A DNA stretch of 64,000 bases from Acutalibacteraceae bacterium (lineage in GTDB: Bacteria; Bacillota; Clostridia; Oscillospirales; Acutalibacteraceae): NCBI GenBank assembly GCA_045576615.1, contig JAZNGU010000055.1, forward strand, positions 1,415 to 65,414, given 5' to 3'. Made by a program: the position numbers and the translations under genes. Below, piece after piece: positions 46,589-56,550 of this stretch (positions are counted from its first letter, which is position 1; each line of letters opens with the position of its first letter). The notes beneath the pieces are model-generated. The model worked only from the letters and a program-made list of their open reading frames with translations. It was not told the origin of the DNA and did no database searches.

Positions 46589-46866
46589 TAGAGTGGGTGT
46601 ATTTGAACTAAATATGGTTTAATACAGACACTTTTCCCTGTGACATCGTTAAAACTCTTGAAAGGGTAAAGCCATCCTGCGAGATTTGCCTTGTTACAGA
46701 AAAAATTGCCAAGTATTAAACTTCGCAGAACCTGAAATGTCCGAATTTGCATGCATTTGGGATTTCCTTTGGCGAAGCAATACTGACGTATTACAAGACA
46801 AAAAAATTACAAAGGTGCGTGAATTCGGGCATTTTAGGCATATTTGGTTCGAACACACTCACTCTA
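46589..46866 (+). ncRNA. Candidate structured RNA or 5' leader of about 278 nt, family not recognised (MITE-like element is the alternative)
   Basis: 46589..46616 pairs with 46839..46866 (28 positions, 1 mismatch, 3 G-U). 46731..46747 pairs with 46822..46838 (17 bp, 2 G-U). Local hairpins lie at 46631..46671, 46677..46728 and 46779..46792. Every non-Watson-Crick pair is G-U on the plus strand. Confidence 0.45.
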
Positions 46867-46880
46867 TAGGGGGAGTTTAG

Positions 46881-47072
46881 GTGGATATTCGAGTTGGCGA
46901 TATTCTTGAAATGAAAAAGCAACATCCTTGCGGTTCAAAAGAATTTACTGTTTTGCGCTCAGGAATGGATTTCCGTTTGCATTGTAACGGTTGCGGCAGA
47001 GAGTTTTTAATTCCCCGTTCAAAAGCAGAAAAGAATATAAAAAAGGTAACAAGGGAGAATACAGATGATTGA
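46881..47072 (+). CDS. DUF951 family protein
   Basis: 63 aa. GTG start behind [28 protein letters not shown] is the family pattern. Confidence 0.8.
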   Translation: MDIRVGDILEMKKQHPCGSKEFTVLRSGMDFRLHCNGCGREFLIPRSKAEKNIKKVTRENTDD

Positions 47073-48135
47073 TAAACTCCAACAGGTAGAAGAGCGTTTT
47101 GAAAAGGTTAACGAATTGCTTTGTTTACCCGAAACAGTTTCCGACCAGAGTAAATATGCTTCTTTGATGAAAGAACTGAAAAATCTTACTCCTTTGGTTG
47201 AAACATACAGAGAATATAAAAAAGCAGTCAGTGATGGTGAAGCCGCCAAAGAAATGCTTTTTGAAAAGCCTGACAAAGACCTAAAGGAGCTTCTTGAACT
47301 TGAAATAGAAGAATGTAAAGAAAAGGTTGAAGAACTTAACGAAAAATTAAAGATTCTTCTTTTGCCCAAAGACCCTAATGACGACAAAAACGTTATTATC
47401 GAAATCCGTGCAGGTGCAGGTGGTGAGGAAGCTGCTCTTTTCGGTAATTCTCTTTTCAGAATGTATTCAATGTATTCCGAAAACAGAGGTTGGAAGCCCG
47501 AGGTTTTATCTGTTAATGAAACAGGCCTTGGTGGTATAAAAGAAATCAGCTTTATGATTACAGGTGAAGGTGCGTATTCCCGTTTTAAGTTCGAAAGCGG
47601 TGTTCATCGCGTTCAACGTGTGCCCGAAACCGAATCAGGCGGAAGAATTCATACTTCAACAGTAACAGTTGCGGTTCTTCCCGAAGCAGAAGAGGTTGAT
47701 ATTGCCATTGACCCCACAGATTTACAAATTGACACCTATCGCTCAAGCGGTGCAGGTGGTCAGCATGTTAATAAAACTGAGTCCGCAATTCGTATAACCC
47801 ATTTGCCTACGGGTACTGTTGTTGAATGTCAGGATGAAAGAAGTCAACACAAAAATCGCGAAAGAGCAATGAAAATTCTGCGTTCCCGTCTTCTTGAAGC
47901 AGAACGTGAAAAACAGAATGCAGAAATTGCAGACGAACGCCGTTCTCAAGTAGGAACAGGTGACAGAAGTGAAAGAATAAGAACCTATAATTTCCCCCAA
48001 GGGCGAGTAAGTGACCATAGAATAGGTCTTACGCTTTACAGAATTGAAGCAATTATGAACGGTGACCTTGACGAAATTATAGATGCACTTATTACTGCAG
48101 ATACTGCAGATAAATTGAAGGTTTCAGAAGAATAA
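47065..48135 (+). CDS. prfA: Peptide chain release factor 1
   Basis: 356 aa. PET tripeptide ([10 protein letters not shown]) and [11 protein letters not shown] motifs. Confidence 0.96.
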   Translation: MIDKLQQVEERFEKVNELLCLPETVSDQSKYASLMKELKNLTPLVETYREYKKAVSDGEAAKEMLFEKPDKDLKELLELEIEECKEKVEELNEKLKILLLPKDPNDDKNVIIEIRAGAGGEEAALFGNSLFRMYSMYSENRGWKPEVLSVNETGLGGIKEISFMITGEGAYSRFKFESGVHRVQRVPETESGGRIHTSTVTVAVLPEAEEVDIAIDPTDLQIDTYRSSGAGGQHVNKTESAIRITHLPTGTVVECQDERSQHKNRERAMKILRSRLLEAEREKQNAEIADERRSQVGTGDRSERIRTYNFPQGRVSDHRIGLTLYRIEAIMNGDLDEIIDALITADTADKLKVSEE

Positions 48136-48149
48136 ATGAGGAATAAATT

Positions 48150-49181
48150 TTGAACACGGAGCTTGTTAAAATAACAATAGAAGATTGTGACGAAAAATAT
48201 AAAAAGGCAGTAGAACTTCTTCGGAAGGATGAGGTTGTCGGTATGCCTACGGAAACCGTTTACGGACTTGCAGGTAATGCTTTTTCACCTCTTGCAGTCA
48301 GCAGGATTTTTGAAGCAAAGGGCAGACCTACTGATAATCCGTTGATAGTTCATATTTCTGAATTTTCAGAAATTTATGATTTGGTAAAAGAGGTTCCGGA
48401 ATCTGCCAAAAAACTTGCAGAAAAATTCTGGCCCGGCCCTCTTACAATAATTCTTCCCAAAGCTGATCAAGTGCCTTATTGCACAACGGGAAATCTCGAT
48501 ACAGTCGCAGTTCGTTGCCCATCTCACGAAATTGCAAGAAAGCTTATAAAACTTTCGGGTCTTCCTTTAGCTGCACCATCCGCCAATTTGTCGGGTAAAC
48601 CAAGTCCCACAAAAGCAGAGCATGTTTTTGAGGATTTAAATGGCAGAATTCCTTTCATAATTGATGGTGGAGATTGCCAAGAGGGTGTTGAATCAACTGT
48701 CATTACCCTTGCAGGAGAAACGCCGAGGCTTTTAAGACCCGGTAATGTTACTCTTAAAGAACTTATAAGCGTTTTAGGTGATGTTGAGGTTGATGATGCG
48801 GTACTTAATCCGTTGAAAAAGGATGAAACTGCCGCTTCACCCGGTATGAAATACAAGCATTATTCACCCGATGCAAGAATTACTCTTGTTAAAGGCTCTT
48901 TTGATGCTTTTTGTGAGTATGTTAATGTTTTTGATAAAGGGACCACCTATGCTATGGTTTTCGATGACGATAAAGTCGAAAAACTTGAAATTCCATACAT
49001 AAAATACGGTTTTGCAGATTATAAAAATCTCTCCCATAATCTTTTTGATTCTCTTCGTGAGCTTGATAAAATCGGAGCAGAACAATGTTTTGTCAGATAC
49101 CCCGATGAAGAGAATAAAGATAATCTTGCGGTTCTTAATCGACTTTTAAGAGCAGCAGGATTCAATGTAATTGAGGTGTAG
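48150..49181 (+). CDS. tsaC: L-threonylcarbamoyladenylate synthase (Sua5/YwlC type, with C-terminal Sua5 domain)
   Basis: 343 aa. PTETVYGLAGNA, KGRP..NPLIVH, SAN.SG.PSPT. Confidence 0.9.
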   Translation: MNTELVKITIEDCDEKYKKAVELLRKDEVVGMPTETVYGLAGNAFSPLAVSRIFEAKGRPTDNPLIVHISEFSEIYDLVKEVPESAKKLAEKFWPGPLTIILPKADQVPYCTTGNLDTVAVRCPSHEIARKLIKLSGLPLAAPSANLSGKPSPTKAEHVFEDLNGRIPFIIDGGDCQEGVESTVITLAGETPRLLRPGNVTLKELISVLGDVEVDDAVLNPLKKDETAASPGMKYKHYSPDARITLVKGSFDAFCEYVNVFDKGTTYAMVFDDDKVEKLEIPYIKYGFADYKNLSHNLFDSLRELDKIGAEQCFVRYPDEENKDNLAVLNRLLRAAGFNVIEV

Positions 49182-49183
49182 TT

Positions 49184-49774
49184 TTGAAAAAACTTGTTGG
49201 TCTTACAGGTAAAACAGGAGCGGGGAAATCCACCGTTTCTGCACTTCTTAAAGAAAAAGGTGCATATATTATTGATGGGGACATTGTTGCAAGAGAAGTC
49301 CTTGTCGATAATATTGATTTGCTGGATAAGTTAAAGGAAGAGTTCGGTGATGGTATATTAAACGTCGACGGAACTCTCAACAGACGCGCTTTGGCAAAAG
49401 AAGCTTTCTCCACACCCGAAAAAACTGAAAAACTCAATTCTATAATGCATCCCGCAATAAATGATTTAATTTTTGATGAAGCGGAAAAAGCATTCATAGA
49501 TTATGATGTGGTAATTGTTGATGCGGCGGCAATAATAGAATCAGGGTTTACTGATAAATGTGATTACCTGATTGTTGTTCATGCACCGGTAGAAATCAGA
49601 AGAGAAAGAATTATAAAGCGTGATAAACTTACTCAAACAGATGCAGATGTAAGAATTAACGGGCAAAAGTCAGATGACTTCTACCTTTCGAAAGCGGATT
49701 TTGTGTTTAATAACTTTCAGCCCTACAATAATGAAGAACAATTTTTACAGCTTGAAAAGGAGCTTTTTAATTGA
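49184..49774 (+). CDS. coaE: Dephospho-CoA kinase
   Basis: 196 aa. GLTGKTGAGKST P-loop. TTG start behind GAGGTG. Confidence 0.9.
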   Translation: MKKLVGLTGKTGAGKSTVSALLKEKGAYIIDGDIVAREVLVDNIDLLDKLKEEFGDGILNVDGTLNRRALAKEAFSTPEKTEKLNSIMHPAINDLIFDEAEKAFIDYDVVIVDAAAIIESGFTDKCDYLIVVHAPVEIRRERIIKRDKLTQTDADVRINGQKSDDFYLSKADFVFNNFQPYNNEEQFLQLEKELFN

Positions 49775-50346
49775 GTGAAAATAGAAAAGTAAACAAATTA
49801 AAACTGATATCCCTGCTATTGATATTATCAGTGATTTTGATTATAATAATAGTTAATGCAGTTAAGTTAGGGGTGCAAACAGTTTATCCCAGGCAATATG
49901 CTAAACTTGTGGAAGAAAATGCAGAAGTGTTTGAAATTGATGAGTCTTTGCTATATGCTCTTATAAAAAGCGAAAGTGGGTTTGATAAAAACGCTGTTTC
50001 TTCCGTTGGTGCAAAGGGTCTTACGCAGATTACATCTGATACTTTTAGTTGGTTGCAGACCAAAACAGGTGAAGAATTTCCTGAAGATGCACTTTTTGAA
50101 CCCGAAATTTCTGTTTATTATGGCGCATATTTTTTAGATATGCTTTTAAAGGAATTTGGCAATACCGAAACTGCTCTAGCCGCATACCACGCAGGTAGAG
50201 GGAAGGTTAATGAATGGCTTGCAGATCCGAGAATTTCACCGGATGGTGTAGTGCTTGAAAACATTCCCTATGAAGATACAGCAGATTATGTTAAAAGAGT
50301 TATGAAAAATGCGAATAAGTATAAAAATATTTACGATATAGATTAA
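49771..50346 (+). CDS. Membrane-anchored lytic transglycosylase (SLT domain)
   Basis: 191 aa. N-terminal TM helix, ESGF....VS..GA.GLTQI catalytic-Glu motif, AYHAG. Confidence 0.85.
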   Translation: MSENRKVNKLKLISLLLILSVILIIIIVNAVKLGVQTVYPRQYAKLVEENAEVFEIDESLLYALIKSESGFDKNAVSSVGAKGLTQITSDTFSWLQTKTGEEFPEDALFEPEISVYYGAYFLDMLLKEFGNTETALAAYHAGRGKVNEWLADPRISPDGVVLENIPYEDTADYVKRVMKNANKYKNIYDID

Positions 50347-50366
50347 TATCGGAAAGGAAAATATAT

Positions 50367-51758
50367 ATGGCAACAGTTGAAGAACTTAAAAAAGAACTTT
50401 TTTATAATCCTCAGCATGCAAGTGCAGTTGTTGAGGATAGCGAAATTGCAAAAGCAGATGCTTTCGCAGAGGATTACAAGAAGTTTTTAGATAATGCAAA
50501 AACTGAAAGAGAGGCAGTTTCTGTTGTTTTAGATGATGCAAAGAACAGAGGTTTTGAAGTATTTAATCCCGAAAAGCAGTATAAAGCAGGGGATAAGGTT
50601 TACTATGTTAACCGCAATAAAGCAATAATTCTTGCAGTTATTGGTAAAAAGAGTCTTAAAGAGGGCGTTAAAATTGCCGCTGCTCATATTGACTCTCCAC
50701 GCCTTGACCTTAAACCCAATCCTCTTTATGAAAGTGACGAACTTGCACTTTTCAAAACCCACTATTACGGCGGTATAAAAAAATATCAATGGGTTGCAAT
50801 TCCTCTTGCCCTTCACGGTGTTATAGTTAAAGCGGACGGCTCAAAAGTTAGCGTTAAAATCGGTGAAGAAGCAGGAGAACCTAAATTTGTTATTTCCGAT
50901 ATTCTTCCTCACTTGGGTGCAGAGCAGGGTAAACGTACTCTTTCCGAGGGTATTCAGGGGGAAGAGCTTAATGTTATTGTTGGTAGTCGTCCTTTCAAGA
51001 GCGATGAGGGTAGTGAGCTTGTTAAGCTTAATATTCTCAAACTCTTGAATGAAAAGTATGGTATTGTTGAAAGCGATTTCTTAAGTGCTGAGCTTGAGGT
51101 TGTTCCTGCTTTCAAAGCAGATGACATTGGTTTTGACAGAGGTCTTATCGGTTCATATGGTCATGATGACCGAGTTTGTGCATATCCTGCAGAACAGGCA
51201 ATTTTCAGCATTGAAAATCCTGATTACACTGCAATTACAGTTCTTACTGATAAAGAAGAAACCGGTTCTGATGGTAATACAGGTCTTCAGTCCTCTTACC
51301 TTGAATATTTCATCGCTTACCTTGCAAAAGCAAATGGACTTGATGTATTTGAAGTGCTTTCAAAAAGTGAATGTCTTTCAGCAGACGTTAATTCTGCTTA
51401 TGACCCTACTTTCAATTCAGTTTTCGAAAAAAATAACACCTCTTATCTCAATAAGGGTGTTGTAATTACAAAGTATACAGGCGCAAGAGGTAAGGCTGGT
51501 ACAAGTGACGCTTCTGCAGAATATATGGGTAAAATCAGAAATATGCTTGATAAAGCAGGGGTTGTTTGGCAAATTGGTGAACTTGGTAAGGTTGATGCAG
51601 GCGGTGGCGGAACTGTTGCAAAATATATTGCAAATCTTGATGTTGATGTTGTTGACCTTGGCGTTCCTGTTCTTTCTATGCACGCACCTTATGAAGTTAT
51701 TTCAAAACTTGACTTGTATATGGCATATCGTGCCTTTACAGAATTCTTTAAACAATAA
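50367..51758 (+). CDS. M18-family aminopeptidase
   Basis: 463 aa. AAHIDSPRLDLKP, YGHDDR, EETGS and MHAPYE motifs. Confidence 0.88.
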   Translation: MATVEELKKELFYNPQHASAVVEDSEIAKADAFAEDYKKFLDNAKTEREAVSVVLDDAKNRGFEVFNPEKQYKAGDKVYYVNRNKAIILAVIGKKSLKEGVKIAAAHIDSPRLDLKPNPLYESDELALFKTHYYGGIKKYQWVAIPLALHGVIVKADGSKVSVKIGEEAGEPKFVISDILPHLGAEQGKRTLSEGIQGEELNVIVGSRPFKSDEGSELVKLNILKLLNEKYGIVESDFLSAELEVVPAFKADDIGFDRGLIGSYGHDDRVCAYPAEQAIFSIENPDYTAITVLTDKEETGSDGNTGLQSSYLEYFIAYLAKANGLDVFEVLSKSECLSADVNSAYDPTFNSVFEKNNTSYLNKGVVITKYTGARGKAGTSDASAEYMGKIRNMLDKAGVVWQIGELGKVDAGGGGTVAKYIANLDVDVVDLGVPVLSMHAPYEVISKLDLYMAYRAFTEFFKQ

Positions 51759-51776
51759 ACTAAGGATTATATAAAA

Positions 51777-52475
51777 ATGAAAAAGATATTTAAATTATCT
51801 TCTTATCTTCTCTGTTTAGTGCTTTTATTTAGTTCATTTTCAATAATTGCATTTGCAGAAGAGGGTGAGACAGAAAGTACAGATGAGCCAACCATTCTTT
51901 TAGGGGATATGGATTTAAACGGTAAGGTGGAAACAACTGATGCCCGTTTGATTCTCCGTCTTTCTGCCTCTATGGAAGAAAGAACTGAAGACGCACTTTT
52001 ACATGGTGATATGAACTCTGATGGAGTAATTTCCATTGAAGATGCTGTTCTTGCTCTCAGACAAGCTACAGACATATCAATTGGCGGAGTTGTTATTCCT
52101 GATAAAAATGGTGACAACTTCCTTTCGGATGACCCGAATAACGAGTTTATAAAGTTGATAGCAAATACTTATAACCTTGATCCTGCATCACTTGTTGCAA
52201 TTTACTCTGTCCCTGATTCAGGCACAAACTACGTTTTGCGTTTCAAAAAGAGTCTTATTGGTAACAAGTATGAAAAGAGTGTTGATAACCTTTCTTATGT
52301 TTACCATATAGGTGCAGCACCCGAAAGAGAAATCAGTTACACAAATGGTAAACTGGTATTGGGTGATCACCACAACTGTGAAGCCGCAGAAGGCGTAATG
52401 GTATATAATCTTGTTCAGACGATGGTTATGGAACAGTATCCTGATTATTTTGCAGGAACGGGCAAAAGCGAATAA
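51777..52475 (+). CDS. Secreted protein with an N-terminal type-I dockerin and an unknown C-terminal domain
   Basis: Signal peptide. Two Ca-binding repeats, GDMDLNGKVETTDARLILR and GDMNSDGVISIEDAVLALR. Then about 130 aa with no recognised family. Confidence 0.8.
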   Translation: MKKIFKLSSYLLCLVLLFSSFSIIAFAEEGETESTDEPTILLGDMDLNGKVETTDARLILRLSASMEERTEDALLHGDMNSDGVISIEDAVLALRQATDISIGGVVIPDKNGDNFLSDDPNNEFIKLIANTYNLDPASLVAIYSVPDSGTNYVLRFKKSLIGNKYEKSVDNLSYVYHIGAAPEREISYTNGKLVLGDHHNCEAAEGVMVYNLVQTMVMEQYPDYFAGTGKSE

Positions 52476-52485
52476 AATAAAAAAT

Positions 52486-52531
52486 CTCCCTTGATAACTT
52501 AGTTTTAAGCTATCAAGGGAGCATGTTTTTT
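52486..52531. terminator. Bidirectional terminator
   Basis: CTCCCTTGATA ... TATCAAGGGAG followed by a T-run. Confidence 0.8.
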
Positions 52532-52532
52532 A

Positions 52533-54071
52533 TTAACCTACCATCCAGTTAAAGAACTCTTCAAAGAATGTAACAAGGAGTTTCATTACCGACATAAAGC
52601 TGGGCATCTGCACTGCCTGAGCGGCAACGTTTTCAAGGTGTGTTCCTCTTAAGGGAAGAACCTCAACAAAGGTCTGATTAACTGTGTCGTTTTGCATGAA
52701 CTGAGGATATTCTTCCATATCAAAAACAGTAAGCTGTTCTTCGCTCTCATGTAGAATACGATAAAATTTATCGTGTCCGTCGTGAGTTGTAGAGTGAAGC
52801 ATATCTTTAACGAACCAGGTATTTTCAGGAAGAATGCAGGTTGAAGCATCAATCATTCTGTCAGGGGAAATATACCAAGTACCTTTGTGCTCTGCTTGTT
52901 TGTAATCTTCGGGAAGCTGTTCACCAATATTTGCACAGGTTGCTCCAAGAGAAGCGTATTTTGTATCAACAGTACCGTCAGATGTGTTAAGGTATGCAGT
53001 AACGAGAGGAGTTCTCTGCATATTATAACCTGCAATAATGTAGACATTTGTGCCGTCTGCTTTTGCTTGGTTGAGCAGTTCTTCTGCACTCTGCTGAACT
53101 TCGTAATGGTAGTAATCAAGCCTGTCAACAAGCACCTGATGTTTACCGTCGTTAATACCCATAAATTCTTTTGCAGTTTCATAATATTCGTGGGGAACAA
53201 AGCTCCAGATACCCGGCATTGTTCCAAAAATTGGAATAAGTGCTTCATCAAATACTCTGTCTTTAAGGTTCACAACAAGGTTATCTGCGATACCCACAAG
53301 GCCGCCTAAAACACCGCCTGCATCAAGCATTTCAAGTAGCATATAAAGGAATGCACCAAAGAAATCACTATCCATTGAGGGAAGTGCACATTCTGCATAT
53401 CTTAAAAGAGCATCTTTATCAATATGAACAAGACCGTTGTAAAGTTCACCTGCAACAGCAGTTCCTTGTAAGGGGCAGTTCTGGAAAATGATAGTTTCAA
53501 TATCTTTTGAACCATAAAGCCTTAAGTATGCCATAAATGTAACGCCACCCATACTTGAAGCTCTGCAACGTACTGTATCGTGACCGGTTATTTCCTTAAC
53601 CTCTTGAATATATTGATGAAGAAGTTTAGCATTTTCGATTGGGTCAACTCGAAAATCGTAACCGAAATAATAGCTGTAATCAATGCCGTGGTCGGCGGTT
53701 TCTGGGTGGAATTCTTCAGTTGTAACTCTTTCTTGTGAGTTACCATCGCTATCCATTGCAAGCATACCGAAAGCATTATTAACGCAAGGAATAAGCACAT
53801 CACCGAAGGCATCGTAGTTTTTTGTGTTAATAAGTTCAACCGCTGCAGGTATAAGGGGAGTGAATTCTCCGAGCATTTCACCAACATCGGGTCGGAAAAG
53901 TTGCTTTTGGTTTTCTGTTCCTTCGTCAAGGTAAACGGAACCGCTGCCAAGAGCCGCAACATAAATTATTGGTGTCTGACCGCAAGTACAACTGCTATCC
54001 GCTGCAAAGCAGGGGAGAACACCAATAGCAATTATAATAACCGCAAGAACTACTGATAATATTTTTTTCAT
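52533..54071 (-). CDS. Secreted alpha/beta-hydrolase (lipase / LCAT-like)
   Basis: Start ATG 54071, behind TAGGAGGA. Signal peptide MKKILSVVLAVIIIAIGVLPCFA. An ASSMGG nucleophile elbow of AxSxG type, as in the Bacillus LipA AHSMG. The fold assignment is tentative. Confidence 0.65.
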   Translation of the reverse strand: MKKILSVVLAVIIIAIGVLPCFAADSSCTCGQTPIIYVAALGSGSVYLDEGTENQKQLFRPDVGEMLGEFTPLIPAAVELINTKNYDAFGDVLIPCVNNAFGMLAMDSDGNSQERVTTEEFHPETADHGIDYSYYFGYDFRVDPIENAKLLHQYIQEVKEITGHDTVRCRASSMGGVTFMAYLRLYGSKDIETIIFQNCPLQGTAVAGELYNGLVHIDKDALLRYAECALPSMDSDFFGAFLYMLLEMLDAGGVLGGLVGIADNLVVNLKDRVFDEALIPIFGTMPGIWSFVPHEYYETAKEFMGINDGKHQVLVDRLDYYHYEVQQSAEELLNQAKADGTNVYIIAGYNMQRTPLVTAYLNTSDGTVDTKYASLGATCANIGEQLPEDYKQAEHKGTWYISPDRMIDASTCILPENTWFVKDMLHSTTHDGHDKFYRILHESEEQLTVFDMEEYPQFMQNDTVNQTFVEVLPLRGTHLENVAAQAVQMPSFMSVMKLLVTFFEEFFNWMVG

Positions 54072-54245
54072 AGGTTTTCCTCCTATCATAATTTCCATAC
54101 AATGTCATATTAACACATTATTAATATCTTTTAAAGTGTGCAATACTTATAAATTTATATATCACTTTTTAAACAATTCAACATAAATGGTATTATTTAC
54201 ATATTGTTATAACTATGTTAAAATAAAAATATATGAGGTGGTAAA

Positions 54246-54998
54246 ATGTCCTATTCGAGTTTTGCATCTGTTTATGACGAATTAACACAGAATGTAGATT
54301 ATAAAAAACGAGCAGAATATATTTCAAGTATTCTTGCAGACTTTGATATAAAAGACGGTCTTCTTCTTGACCTTGCTTGCGGAACGGGTTCACTTTCTGT
54401 TGAGTTTTCAAAAATGGGGTTTGAGGTTATCGGTACGGATGCTTCTCCTGATATGCTTATGGAAGCTCGTGAAAAAGCAATGGAAGCGGGAGTGAACATA
54501 CTTTTTCTGTGCCAGAAAATGCAAGAAACTGACCTTTACGGCACAGTAAGAGCAATTGTTTGCTCACTTGACAGTATTAATCACCTTTCTTCTGCCGATG
54601 AAATGCGAAAAACCTTTCAGGTTCTTAAAAATTTTATTGATGACGGCGGAATAATGATTTTTGATGTTAATACTATTTACAAGCACCAAGAGATTTTGGG
54701 AAATAATACTTTCATCTATGATGAAAAGAATGTTTATTGCGTTTGGCAGAACGGTCTTTACCCCGATGGTGTAACAGTTGGTATTAATCTTGATTTCTTT
54801 GTAAAGAATGATGATGGTAGTTATAACAGATTTACCGAGAATTTCAAGGAGATTGCCTTTAGTGATGAAGAAATAACGGCCGCAGTTGAAAATGCAGGGT
54901 TTAAGATAGTTAAACGTTACGCAGAATTCAGTTGCGAAAGACCTAAAGAAGATACTCAAAGAGCCTATTATGTAATCAGGAGAGAATATAATGGATAA
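54246..54998 (+). CDS. Class I SAM-dependent methyltransferase
   Basis: 250 aa. LLDLACGTGSLS (motif I), GTDASPDML. Confidence 0.85.
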   Translation: MSYSSFASVYDELTQNVDYKKRAEYISSILADFDIKDGLLLDLACGTGSLSVEFSKMGFEVIGTDASPDMLMEAREKAMEAGVNILFLCQKMQETDLYGTVRAIVCSLDSINHLSSADEMRKTFQVLKNFIDDGGIMIFDVNTIYKHQEILGNNTFIYDEKNVYCVWQNGLYPDGVTVGINLDFFVKNDDGSYNRFTENFKEIAFSDEEITAAVENAGFKIVKRYAEFSCERPKEDTQRAYYVIRREYNG

Positions 54999-56496
54999 TT
55001 TAATGTATTTAAAAAGCGGAACAGATATAAGAGGTACAGCTATTGAAAAAGATTGTAAGGGGATTGATTTAACAGATAACCGTTTAATGAGCATAACCGC
55101 AGCGTTTGTTGCATTTCTGAAAAAGAAATCAGGTAAAGATAACCTTACTGTTACAGTTGGTTATGATTCCCGTGTTTCATCGGAGCATATTTCAAGAACA
55201 GTCACAAGAACTCTTGCTTCTTTAGGGGTTAAGGTTTTGGATTGCGGTCTTTCTTCAACTCCATCAATGTTTATGTCAATTATCAACTTTGGTGTTGATG
55301 CGGCAATTGAAATTACCGCGAGTCATTTACCAATGGAAATGAACGGACTTAAATTCTTCACTAGAGAGGGCGGATTTTCGGGTAACGATATTAAAGAAAT
55401 TCTTGCTTTTGCACAGGAAAATCCCTATGAAATAAAAGAGGTCAAGCTTAATATTGAAAAGCTTGACAATATGAAAAAGTATTGTGCCGATTTGCAGGAA
55501 ATGATTAAAAAAGGTGTTAATGCCGAGAATTACGACAGACCCTTGAAAAATCTTCACATCGTTGTTGATGCAGGTAACGGTGTCGGTGCTTTTTATGCAG
55601 AAAATGTGCTTATGAGATTGGGTGCAGATATTAACGGAAGCCGTTATCTTGAGCCTGACGGAAGATTTCCAAACCACATTCCAAACCCGGAAAATAGAGA
55701 AGCAATGAAATCTATTTCCGAAGCAGTTGAAAAAAGTGGCGCAGATTTCGGTGTTATTTTTGATACGGACTGCGACAGAGCTGCTTGCGTTGACCGAAAT
55801 GGACAGGAAATTAACAGAAATAAACTTGTGGCTCTTGCTTCATATATTGCTCTTAAAGATAACAAAGGCGGTATTATTGTTACAGATTCCGTAACAAGTG
55901 ACGGACTCGCAAAGTTTATTGAAAAGGATTTGGGCGGTGTTCATCATCGCTTTAAGAGGGGTTATAAAAACGTAATTGATGAGGCAATCCGCCTTGAAAA
56001 AGAAGAAAATAAAAATGCTCCTCTTGCCATTGAAACTTCGGGTCATGCCGCATTTAAAGAGAATTATTACCTTGATGACGGTGCATATCTTATAACAAAA
56101 ATCATAATTGAACTTGCAAAACTCAATAAAGAAGGTAAGTCCATCGAAAGCCTTATTGAAAATCTTGAAACACCTCTTGAAGAAAAAGAGGTCAGATTTA
56201 CAATTAAATTGGATGATTTCAGAGATTATGGACTTTCTGTTATTGAGGATTTTAAAAATCTTTGCGAAAGTACGGATGGTATAACAGTTGCACCCGTAAA
56301 TCACGAGGGTGTGAGAGTGAATTTTAATGAAGCCCTCGGTGACGGGTGGCAGCTTTTAAGAATGAGTGTTCACGAACCCTTACTTGTTCTCAACTGTGAA
56401 AGCAATAAAGAGGGTGGAGTAGAAAAAATGCTTGAGTTCTTCAAAGCGTTTATAGAAAAATACGATAAACTTGATATTCATAGATTAACTATATAA
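54991..56496 (+). CDS. Phosphohexomutase (phosphoglucomutase/phosphomannomutase family)
   Basis: 501 aa. ITASHLP phosphoserine loop, FDTDCDR metal loop, ETSGH sugar loop. Confidence 0.9.
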   Translation: MDNLMYLKSGTDIRGTAIEKDCKGIDLTDNRLMSITAAFVAFLKKKSGKDNLTVTVGYDSRVSSEHISRTVTRTLASLGVKVLDCGLSSTPSMFMSIINFGVDAAIEITASHLPMEMNGLKFFTREGGFSGNDIKEILAFAQENPYEIKEVKLNIEKLDNMKKYCADLQEMIKKGVNAENYDRPLKNLHIVVDAGNGVGAFYAENVLMRLGADINGSRYLEPDGRFPNHIPNPENREAMKSISEAVEKSGADFGVIFDTDCDRAACVDRNGQEINRNKLVALASYIALKDNKGGIIVTDSVTSDGLAKFIEKDLGGVHHRFKRGYKNVIDEAIRLEKEENKNAPLAIETSGHAAFKENYYLDDGAYLITKIIIELAKLNKEGKSIESLIENLETPLEEKEVRFTIKLDDFRDYGLSVIEDFKNLCESTDGITVAPVNHEGVRVNFNEALGDGWQLLRMSVHEPLLVLNCESNKEGGVEKMLEFFKAFIEKYDKLDIHRLTI

Positions 56497-56501
56497 AAAT
56501 G

Positions 56502-56543
56502 ATGCTCCCACTCAAAACTTTATAAAGTTTTGAGTGGGAGCAT
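56502..56543. terminator. Bidirectional terminator (roughly 20 bp perfect palindrome)
   Basis: ATGCTCCCACTCAAAACTTTA / TAAAGTTTTGAGTGGGAGCAT. Confidence 0.85.
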
Positions 56544-56550
56544 ATATTAA

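Noticed and set aside
46846-46856. GGTTCGAAC, a T-loop-like sequence
   Set aside because: No acceptor, D or anticodon arms surround it, so it is not a tRNA. It forms part of helix A of the structured element.
46686-46880. 64-aa plus-strand ORF inside the structured intergenic element
   Set aside because: TTG start without an RBS and no recognisable fold. The region is better explained by the long-range base pairing reported as a finding.
54564-55094. 176-aa minus-strand ORF spanning the methyltransferase/phosphohexomutase junction
   Set aside because: Antisense to two well-supported plus-strand genes.
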